Program-made: the position numbers and the translations under genes
Source: Candidatus Pacearchaeota archaeon
GTDB taxonomy: Archaea; Nanobdellota; Nanobdellia; Pacearchaeales; GW2011-AR1
Length of the DNA stretch: 51,972 bases
NCBI GenBank assembly: GCA_023137045.1
Contig: JAGLQB010000001.1
Coordinates: forward strand, 1-51,972
Direction of reading: 5' to 3'
Shown here: piece by piece, positions 44,739-51,972 of the stretch
Position numbering within the stretch: the stretch's first letter is position 1
Layout: each line of letters starts with the position of its first letter
Notes under the pieces: generated by a model
Told to the model about the DNA's origin: nothing
The model's input: only the letters and a program-made list of their open reading frames with translations
The model's database searches: none

Positions 44739-45503
44739 TTATAAATTTCCAACAGCAAAAAGTGTTTCTTCTTTATTGCAATTTTTTGTGTCTTTTAATA
44801 CTCCTAAAATAATGCCCGAAGAATCTGCCTTTATCTGGTTCTTATTCATCAAACCAAGAACATCTCCTTTATTTACAATTTTTCCCAGACATACTTTAGA
44901 AATAAATTTTCCAGCAGAAGGGGCTTTGATTTTTTTATAATCAATAAAATTCACTTTTGCATTCTTTTTATTTTGAATAAAATTTATAACTGCTTTTTTT
45001 ACGATTTCAATATATTTTCTTTCAACTTTTTCAGAAGACCCAAATTCAATTATCATAGAAGGTATATTTTTTTTAGAAAGTTCAATAAAAAGTTGTCCTT
45101 TGTTTCCTAAGCATCGAACTGCATAGCTTAATCCAACTTTATTGGCAAAATCTTTATTGAACTGTTTTTTTAAATCTGTCAAAATAAATGGCAAGCATGT
45201 TCTACCATTAGCATAATTGTGCAAATCAATTACATAATCAAAGTTCTTAGCGAAATTAAAAATTTTAAACGCAAGCCTTTCAGAAAAAGTTCCATCTTTT
45301 TTTCCTGGAAAAGTTCTGTTTAAATTTTTTTTGTCTTCAGGATTTTCTTTTAAACCTAAACAATAAGCGATTTTATTTGCTCTTGGAATTATAGTAATAT
45401 TTTTTAGAGAATTTTTTTCCACCCATTCTTTTATTTCATATGCGGTTAATACTGCTGAAACTTCATCACCATGTATCCCTGCAATAATTAAAATTTTTTT
45501 CAT
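44739..45503 (-). CDS. succinylglutamate desuccinylase/aspartoacylase (AstE/AspA)-family zinc deacylase
   Basis: IIAGIHGDE, NLNRTFPG and VIDLHN. The ATG at 45503 lies 2 nt after the upstream stop, and the track start at 45509 is a TTG. Confidence 0.8.
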   Translation of the reverse strand: MKKILIIAGIHGDEVSAVLTAYEIKEWVEKNSLKNITIIPRANKIAYCLGLKENPEDKKNLNRTFPGKKDGTFSERLAFKIFNFAKNFDYVIDLHNYANGRTCLPFILTDLKKQFNKDFANKVGLSYAVRCLGNKGQLFIELSKKNIPSMIIEFGSSEKVERKYIEIVKKAVINFIQNKKNAKVNFIDYKKIKAPSAGKFISKVCLGKIVNKGDVLGLMNKNQIKADSSGIILGVLKDTKNCNKEETLFAVGNL

Positions 45504-45505
45504 AT

Positions 45506-46705
45506 TCAAACCTTATCAAATTTTGCTTGTTTAAGAGCTTGATTTATTTTTTTTGGGTCAATTTCAATTTCTGCACCTGACTGACAACAATTATCATAAC
45601 TTAGTAAAACTTTATTATCTGTCAAGTTCGCCACCATATTCCAGAAAGTTCTTTTATATGTAGAAAAGTTGTCCTTTTTTGTAACTGGGTGCGTGCAGAT
45701 GGAATAAAAAGAAGCGAATTGAGTTGGAGAAGATAAACCTACTTCCATTAATTCTCCTTTGTTCATCATGTTAACTATCTCATTTAAAATTTCGTCATCA
45801 AATAAATCTTGATAAACTGTGTGGGAGGAAAAAATATTTGGCCCACTCTCTTTGTGGGAAACCAAAAATCTATTTATAGACCTGATAAAATGTTCCTTTT
45901 CATCAAACTTTGAATTTTGTAAGTTCCATCCTTTCCTTTCAAAAAATTTAGATTCCAAACCAAAATTAGACCTAAAGTCTTTAGATTCTCCCTCGGAAAA
46001 AATTAAATTATACTTTTCTGAACCCAACACATCTGCAGGAAGATATTCTATAATCACTTGCCGTTTATCATCTGCAATCAAAAAGTTTGCTCCTCCAGGA
46101 GACTTATTTTTCCCGCTCTTAATGGTTTTTTCTAAATATTTTACTGCTTGATTAACATTTTCACAATTCAACAATATGTCATTAGTAATAACTGAATATG
46201 ATGGTCTATCTATTAGCCTGTTTTCATGTCTTATAGAAGAAGATTGCATAAACACTCCACCTTCATTTACTCCTCCCCATGACCTTTCCAAATTATAATG
46301 AGAATAGTTGCCAATTGTTGTAGGTCCATCAAAAGGAATCACAAATATTGCCTTTGTTGGCGAAGCTGCTGGCATTCCTATATTTTTGTTCAAATATATT
46401 CCTCCCCAAATATTTTCGCTCAATGTTTTCTTTAACTCTGTTGGTAACTTTTCTTTTGGAGCTAATTTATACAATTTTATAGCCAAGTCATCTGCTAAAT
46501 CAAAGTATCTTTTATCTTCTGCTACTCTCAGAATTTCATTTGCAAGATTTACTGTGTTTTCTGGGTCAATACCTAAATAAAATAATTTTGGTCTTGTTAT
46601 GTGTCTTGTTCTGATGACAAGGGTGTCCAAACTATTTTTACCGGGTTCTCGGTTTTTACCAGCATATTTTTTTCCATTATGTTCAAAATAACCTATAGTA
46701 CACAT
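45506..46705 (-). CDS. N-terminal-nucleophile (Cys2) amidohydrolase, choloylglycine hydrolase/peptidase C45-like
   Basis: Begins MCTIGY, contains GGVNEGGVF and GGANFLIADD. No closer assignment is possible by eye. Confidence 0.55.
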   Translation of the reverse strand: MCTIGYFEHNGKKYAGKNREPGKNSLDTLVIRTRHITRPKLFYLGIDPENTVNLANEILRVAEDKRYFDLADDLAIKLYKLAPKEKLPTELKKTLSENIWGGIYLNKNIGMPAASPTKAIFVIPFDGPTTIGNYSHYNLERSWGGVNEGGVFMQSSSIRHENRLIDRPSYSVITNDILLNCENVNQAVKYLEKTIKSGKNKSPGGANFLIADDKRQVIIEYLPADVLGSEKYNLIFSEGESKDFRSNFGLESKFFERKGWNLQNSKFDEKEHFIRSINRFLVSHKESGPNIFSSHTVYQDLFDDEILNEIVNMMNKGELMEVGLSSPTQFASFYSICTHPVTKKDNFSTYKRTFWNMVANLTDNKVLLSYDNCCQSGAEIEIDPKKINQALKQAKFDKV

Positions 46706-46706
46706 T

Positions 46707-48182
46707 TTAAATTTCTTTTATTGAACTTGACATTTTTTTAATTTGTTTTAATCTCTGACTTAAATTCGTGCTTACAATACGACAAATATCTGCGGCGTTT
46801 ACTTTTCTTGTATGCCCATCACTTTTTGAAGAAGCATAACTTTTTGGCAGAATTATCTCTTCTTCATTAAAGTTTGGCAAACTTGCGAAATAAGGGGTCT
46901 TTAAATTCCAATCATGGTCTCTAACATTTTCTCCTTCGGGGAATTTAATAAATTTCATCCACCCTTCTTTTTTTAATAGATACATATCAAAACAAATATC
47001 TTGTTTTTCAAAATTATTTACCCATTCTGTAAAATCATAACTTTTCTTTTCTTTAGATAACTGTAATTCAGCTTCAAGATAAGAAAGAGGAGGCATATTT
47101 TTAGGCCTAAATTTTTCTAACACTGAAGTATTTACAACAGCAGAATGATTTTTTCTTGGATTAATTTCCACAAAGTAGAATTCATCTTCTGCAACAATTC
47201 CATCTATGCCACCAATACCCCGATAACCTTGTTTTCTCATAATTTCTCCGACTTTAAGTGCTTCTTCTTTTACTTTTTTTAACATTTGTTTATTAAATTT
47301 CAAAGGATAAGAATTCCCATAATACTTTGTACCTTGTTCAATTATTTGGTTTGTGGCTATTAGTACATGTGGCGCACAATCATCAATAAAAAGCATTATG
47401 TTGGGAGCAGAATCTATGTTTCTGAGCCATTTTGTAATTATTAATTGGCCAGAATCACCATAACCAAATTTTTCTTTGATTTCAAAAGGAGAATAAGCAT
47501 GCAAACAACCAACTCCCCCAGCACCACTTACAGCAGATACAAAAGCTTCTCCTCCCCATTTTTCACGATTTTGCAAAAATACTTCTGAAGCTTCTTCTGG
47601 AGAATTCACGACTTTTCCTTCCACAGTTTTAATTCCTTTATTTTGCATTATCTTATACATCTCTGCTTTATTTGCCAAAAGTTCTTTTGTTTTCAAGGAA
47701 GGAGATATTATTTTCAATTTATTACCAGCCATGCTCTCAAGATTATCAAGTCCTGCTGAAATCATATATGGGAAAAAAAGTGCTCCATTATTTTTTTCTG
47801 AAACATCTTGCATATAGCTCAAAACTTCTTTACTAAATTTTTCATTTAATGGATTATACAAAGAAGAATAAATATTTTCTTTGTTTTCTGGTCTTGGAAT
47901 GTTAGTTAGTTTTCTACACAAAGAATCTTCTGACATTGAAATAAAATATTTTTTATGTGTAAATTTATCATAAAAATCAGAATAAGCAAAAATTTTTGTA
48001 TCTGTTTCTCTCTCAATTTTATCAAGATTGGATGTTCTATTCGGAACTATGGCTCCTGCAATTTTAAAACCATGTCCTACAATTTCAATCATATGCTCTG
48101 GATCAGTAGAGATAGTAAAAGCAGGCAAATCTGATAATTCCCCTTTATATCCTGAAAAATTTCCATAGTATTTTTTATCCAT
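46707..48182 (-). CDS. ATP-grasp-fold ligase, unknown specificity
   Basis: LANKAEMYKIMQNKGI, GGVGCLHAY and GYRGIGGIDGIV...EFYFVEINPRKNHS. The extended N- and C-terminal regions are unassigned. Confidence 0.7.
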   Translation of the reverse strand: MDKKYYGNFSGYKGELSDLPAFTISTDPEHMIEIVGHGFKIAGAIVPNRTSNLDKIERETDTKIFAYSDFYDKFTHKKYFISMSEDSLCRKLTNIPRPENKENIYSSLYNPLNEKFSKEVLSYMQDVSEKNNGALFFPYMISAGLDNLESMAGNKLKIISPSLKTKELLANKAEMYKIMQNKGIKTVEGKVVNSPEEASEVFLQNREKWGGEAFVSAVSGAGGVGCLHAYSPFEIKEKFGYGDSGQLIITKWLRNIDSAPNIMLFIDDCAPHVLIATNQIIEQGTKYYGNSYPLKFNKQMLKKVKEEALKVGEIMRKQGYRGIGGIDGIVAEDEFYFVEINPRKNHSAVVNTSVLEKFRPKNMPPLSYLEAELQLSKEKKSYDFTEWVNNFEKQDICFDMYLLKKEGWMKFIKFPEGENVRDHDWNLKTPYFASLPNFNEEEIILPKSYASSKSDGHTRKVNAADICRIVSTNLSQRLKQIKKMSSSIKEI

Positions 48183-48269
48183 TTTTAGTGTATTTTTATG
48201 TTTAACATAGAATTGAATACTCCAGATAATTTCTGTTTATAAAAATTTCGTAATTTTTTACTTAATTTA

Positions 48270-49628
48270 TCAGAATTTTTTAACCATATAAGTTTTATCT
48301 AACTTATACCCTAATTTTTTGTAATACTCCCGAACTCCAACACCACTTATCACTGACAATTTTTTGACTTTATTTTTTTTAACAATTTTTTCTGCCTCTT
48401 CCATCAACCATTTTCCAAGACCTCTGTGTTGAGAAGTTTTTCCTTTTTCACCTAATTTCAAAGCTTGACCATAAACATGAATCTCACGAATTATCGCAAA
48501 ATTGTCAAACAATCTCAATCTTAATAACCCAAACAAAATATCGTTTTTGTTCACAATTTCCAAAAAATATTCTTTTCCTCCAGAAGATTTGTATTTTGTA
48601 ATTTTTAAGTCTAAATCTAAATTTACTTCTTTTCTTCTTAAAGCAAAACCAATTTCTCGGTATCTTATTTCTTTTAATTTACTATTCTTTTTTCTAAATT
48701 CAGCTTCAATATCTTTTCTTAAATCAATATTAATTATTCCTGCCACAATATATTCTGGAGGGATTTCCCTCATAACTCTCATAACTCTGCAATATCTTGG
48801 AACAACTTTTAACATTTCAATAAGAATGTGCTCTGTTTCTTTTTTAGTATATGGCTTGTATCCTCCTTTCCAATAAACTTCCTCAAGTCCAGAACTAGGA
48901 ATTACCTGACACGGATAAAGTTTTAATTGGTCTGGTTTAAATCTTTCATCTGAAAAAAGTTTTTTGAAAAGTCTTAAATCTTTTTTGAAATTACTTCCAG
49001 GTAATCCAGGCATTATGTGATACCCAATTTTAAAACCAGCATTTTTCAAATTTTTAGTTGCATTAATCACGTCTTTTACAGTGTGCCCCCTTTGAATTTT
49101 CTTGTAGATTTTATCATCAATAATTTGCACCCCAAGTTCTACTCTTGTGACGCCAAATTCTCGCATTTTATCTATATGCTTTGAGCAAACATCTGGTCTT
49201 GTTTCAACGCAAAGTGCAACACAACGATGTTCAGCTTTTTCATTTAATTTTTGAGCTTGTTTCAAATTCTTTGATGTTTTTTGATTCATCGCATCATAGC
49301 ATCCTTTGATAAATTCACTTTGAAATTTCTCTGGATATTCTAGAAAAGTTCCCCCCATAATTATTAATTCAATCTTTTCAGTTGGATGGTGCATAGCTTT
49401 AAACGCATTTATCCTCGCCTTGACTTGCTTGTAAGCGTCGTAATTCAATTCTTTTGCTCTCATTACAACTGGGCTTTTGGGAGTATAACTTTGCGGAACA
49501 TTTAATGAAGGGCAATACAAACAATCCCCGTGCTCACATTTTCTTGGAGGCAACATCACAGCTACAGGAGTAATACCTGAGAGAGTTTTTGTCGGCTTTC
49601 TAACTTCATTCTTCTTTGGTTTTAACAT
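48270..49628 (-). CDS. elp3: Elp3-like radical SAM/GNAT tRNA modification enzyme
   Basis: SGITPVAVMLPPRKCEHGDCLYCP, ELIIMGGTF and a C-terminal GNAT segment (QHRGLGKWLMEEAEKI). Confidence 0.85.
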   Translation of the reverse strand: MLKPKKNEVRKPTKTLSGITPVAVMLPPRKCEHGDCLYCPSLNVPQSYTPKSPVVMRAKELNYDAYKQVKARINAFKAMHHPTEKIELIIMGGTFLEYPEKFQSEFIKGCYDAMNQKTSKNLKQAQKLNEKAEHRCVALCVETRPDVCSKHIDKMREFGVTRVELGVQIIDDKIYKKIQRGHTVKDVINATKNLKNAGFKIGYHIMPGLPGSNFKKDLRLFKKLFSDERFKPDQLKLYPCQVIPSSGLEEVYWKGGYKPYTKKETEHILIEMLKVVPRYCRVMRVMREIPPEYIVAGIINIDLRKDIEAEFRKKNSKLKEIRYREIGFALRRKEVNLDLDLKITKYKSSGGKEYFLEIVNKNDILFGLLRLRLFDNFAIIREIHVYGQALKLGEKGKTSQHRGLGKWLMEEAEKIVKKNKVKKLSVISGVGVREYYKKLGYKLDKTYMVKKF

Positions 49629-49678
49629 GTATCTTAGAGTTAAGTAATCTTTTTAAATTATTTTTAATTTTTAGAAAA

Positions 49679-50446
49679 ATGAGAATAGGAATCATTGGAG
49701 GTTCTGGATTAGAAAAAGGAGATGTTCTACAAAATACAGAAGAGATTGAAGTTCAAACACCGTATGGAAGTTCTAAAATAAAAAAAGGTTCATTGTATAA
49801 AGAAGATATTTATATCATTTCTCGCCATGGGGAAAAACATGAAATAACCCCTACAAATGTAAATAATCTAGCAAATATTTATGCCCTTGGAAAATTAGGT
49901 TGCAGTTATATTTTAGCGACAACTGCTGTGGGAAGTTTGAAAGAAGAAATACATCCAGGAGATTTTGTTATAGCTGACCAGTTCATAGATTTTACAAAAC
50001 ACAGAAAAACTACATTCTTTGAAGATTTCAAACAAGGTGTTCAACATATAAGTTTGGCAGACCCATTTTCCAAAACTCTAAGAAAATACCTAAATGATTC
50101 TTGCGAAGAATTAAAATTAAATCACCATAAAATTGGAACAATCGTAACTATTGAAGGTCCAAGATTTTCAACAAGAGCAGAAAGTTATATGTTTCAACAA
50201 TTTGCAGATGTGATAAATATGTCAACTGCTCCAGAAGCTATTTTGTCAAAAGAAGCTGGACTTGAATATGCAGTCATAGCAATGTCAACAGATTATGATT
50301 GTTGGAGAAAAACAGAAGTCCCAGTAACATGGGAAGAAATTAAGAAAGTAATGAATCAAAATTCTGAGAATGTAAAGCAAGTTTTAATCAAAACAATTGA
50401 AAAAATTTCCTTAAAAGAAGGTTGCTTAGCTTTAGAAAAAATTTAA
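49679..50446 (+). CDS. mtnP: 5'-methylthioadenosine/purine nucleoside phosphorylase (MTAP family)
   Basis: MRIGIIGGSGL, TPYG, ISRHGEKH, TTAVGSL, EGPRFSTRAES, NMSTAPEA and STDYDCW. Confidence 0.85.
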   Translation: MRIGIIGGSGLEKGDVLQNTEEIEVQTPYGSSKIKKGSLYKEDIYIISRHGEKHEITPTNVNNLANIYALGKLGCSYILATTAVGSLKEEIHPGDFVIADQFIDFTKHRKTTFFEDFKQGVQHISLADPFSKTLRKYLNDSCEELKLNHHKIGTIVTIEGPRFSTRAESYMFQQFADVINMSTAPEAILSKEAGLEYAVIAMSTDYDCWRKTEVPVTWEEIKKVMNQNSENVKQVLIKTIEKISLKEGCLALEKI

Positions 50447-51027
50447 GTTAACAAAATTTTACTATAGTTATCCATAAAACATTCAAAAATCTGATTTGCT
50501 TCACATCTTTTTATAAAATCATTTTCTTTTACTTCTTTGTTATAAGGTCTATTTACACAAATACAACAGATTCCATTTTTACTTAACTCGTATATTTCTT
50601 CAGGCCTATCTTCTGCCATGGCTACAATCCCTTTTTTCTGAATTAAATCTAATTTAGGGTATGCTAAAAACAATTTTTCAAATTTAGCTTTATTTTTTTC
50701 CAAAGAATCAAGACTATCTTGATAAATTCCCTTGTAAGAATTTCTCGCAGTAATATAATAGACTTTCCCCCCAATATCATAAAACTTATTTACTGATTCT
50801 ATGGCTCCTGGAAGAGGTTTCATATTAAGAAAGTCCTTTGTATGCTCAAAAGATTTCAGCATCTCGTAAAAATCTTTCATCGGAAATCCTAACTTTTCAG
50901 GGTCATAATAAATTAAATCATCAATAGAATTCACATTTGGATTAAATTTTTTATAATAAGGCAAAAATGCTCCCATCTGTTCAAAAGTAGTCCCATCCAT
51001 ATCACAACCAAATTTGAGTTTGATCAT
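50443..51027 (-). CDS. HAD-superfamily 5'(3')-deoxyribonucleotidase-like hydrolase
   Basis: FGCDMDGT (DxDxT motif), and YITAR. The ATG at 51027 is preferred over the TTG at 51045. Confidence 0.65.
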   Translation of the reverse strand: MIKLKFGCDMDGTTFEQMGAFLPYYKKFNPNVNSIDDLIYYDPEKLGFPMKDFYEMLKSFEHTKDFLNMKPLPGAIESVNKFYDIGGKVYYITARNSYKGIYQDSLDSLEKNKAKFEKLFLAYPKLDLIQKKGIVAMAEDRPEEIYELSKNGICCICVNRPYNKEVKENDFIKRCEANQIFECFMDNYSKILLT

Positions 51028-51077
51028 GCATATCTTAATCTCCAAACATTTTTAATGATTTATATACTCCAAAATTC

Positions 51078-51671
51078 ATGCTACAAGAAGAGATTTGGAA
51101 CAAAATTGCGCCAGAATGGTATAAGTTTAGAACAAGACCCTCTGAATACACATTAGAATTTTTGAAAAACAAATCAGGTAATGTTCTTGATTTGGGAAGT
51201 GGTTCTGGAAGACACCTTGTAAAAATCAATAAAGGAAAAATGTGGCTCGTTGATTTTTCTGAAAAAATGATAAAATTCGCTAAAGAAAAAGCAAAGAAAA
51301 ACAAAATCCAAGCAGAATTTTTTGTTTCAGATTTAACAAAACTTCCATTCAAAGATAATTTTTTTGATTCTGCCATAGCTATCGCATCTCTCCATTGTAT
51401 TGAAGGAAAAGAAAATCGCGAAAAAGCAATCAAAGAATTTTTTCGTGTATTAAAAAAAGGAGCAGAAGCAGACATTGCGGTATGGAATAAAGATTCCAAA
51501 AAATTCAAAAATTCCCCAAAAGAAAAATATGTAAGATGGAGAGACAAGGGAAAAAGATATTATTATTTATTTGATGAAAAAGAAATTCATGATTTGTTCA
51601 AAAAAGCGGGATTCAAAATTAAGCAAAAATTTGAGCCTAAAAAAAATATCAGGTTTATCGCTGAGAAATAA
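51078..51671 (+). CDS. class I SAM-dependent methyltransferase
   Basis: VLDLGSGSGRH motif I, DLTKLPF and LKKGAEADIAVW. Confidence 0.85.
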   Translation: MLQEEIWNKIAPEWYKFRTRPSEYTLEFLKNKSGNVLDLGSGSGRHLVKINKGKMWLVDFSEKMIKFAKEKAKKNKIQAEFFVSDLTKLPFKDNFFDSAIAIASLHCIEGKENREKAIKEFFRVLKKGAEADIAVWNKDSKKFKNSPKEKYVRWRDKGKRYYYLFDEKEIHDLFKKAGFKIKQKFEPKKNIRFIAEK

Positions 51672-51920
51672 TTATTTTTTCTCTTTTATCTTTTTCCCAT
51701 ACGGAATTCCTGCCTGCCTATAAGCATCTTTCAAAAGTTCTTCATCACTTAGAGATTCTATTTTTTCATCTTGGTTTATAAGTGAATAGCCTTTTCCTCT
51801 AAGTTCCCAGTTAATACAAGCCCTACTTCCATCTGGTTGTATAATGCCCATATCTTCAGGGAGTTCTTCTTCAGGAATATCCCTCTCATCTGCCAAAATT
51901 TTATCTATGTCTTCAATCAT
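51672..51920 (-). CDS. hypothetical acidic protein
   Basis: 82-aa ORF with no motif. Confidence 0.4.
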   Translation of the reverse strand: MIEDIDKILADERDIPEEELPEDMGIIQPDGSRACINWELRGKGYSLINQDEKIESLSDEELLKDAYRQAGIPYGKKIKEKK

Positions 51921-51972
51921 TTTTGTTTTTATTCTTCTTAGTAATCTTTATCATATCAAAAAAAGATTTCTT

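Noticed and set aside
44617-44940. 107-aa plus-strand ORF
   Set aside because: It spans the degenerate tRNA-Glu fragment and then runs antisense through the 3' end of the AstE/AspA-family gene. It has no motif.
51035-51547. 170-aa minus-strand ORF
   Set aside because: It is entirely antisense to the SAM methyltransferase, which has clear motifs (51078-51671). It has no motif and a low-complexity F/S/L composition.

Overview
The window is a visibly AT-rich, very gene-dense fragment of an archaeal chromosome. All calls rest on motifs read by eye, with no database search. Archaeal hallmark genes are MCM, TBP, TFE, aIF-1A, aIF-2beta, L15e, ATP-dependent DNA ligase, GatD/GatE, Elp3, deoxyhypusine synthase, FtsZ and a partial tRNA-splicing endonuclease. 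The small proteins, many membrane-anchored Cys-rich surface proteins and several bacterial-type genes (LeuRS, short AlaRS, DisA) fit a reduced-genome DPANN-like archaeon. There are four tRNA genes: Arg-TCG, Asn-GTT with an intron, Ile-GAT, and Glu-TTC with an intron. I saw no rRNA, CRISPR array, transposase or integrase. Most of the window is housekeeping: six aaRS or amidotransferase genes, replication, and translation initiation. The stretches that stand out are listed here. (1) A tight ATP-grasp ligase / N-terminal-Cys amidohydrolase / AstE-AspA deacylase operon beside tRNA-Glu (44739-48182). (2) A five-gene operon of membrane-anchored Cys-rich proteins ending in a transglutaminase-like protein, with a divergent ribbon-helix-helix gene and a palindromic operator candidate (26649-30043). 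(3) A tail-fibre-like gene with a C-terminal intramolecular-chaperone (peptidase S74-like) domain, bracketed by direct repeats that copy the last 30 nt of the TBP gene (39782-40750). (4) Partial duplicates of tRNA ends, with GC-rich structured sequence, next to three of the four tRNA genes. (5) An adjacent DisA-type diadenylate cyclase and DHH/DHHA1 phosphoesterase pair.
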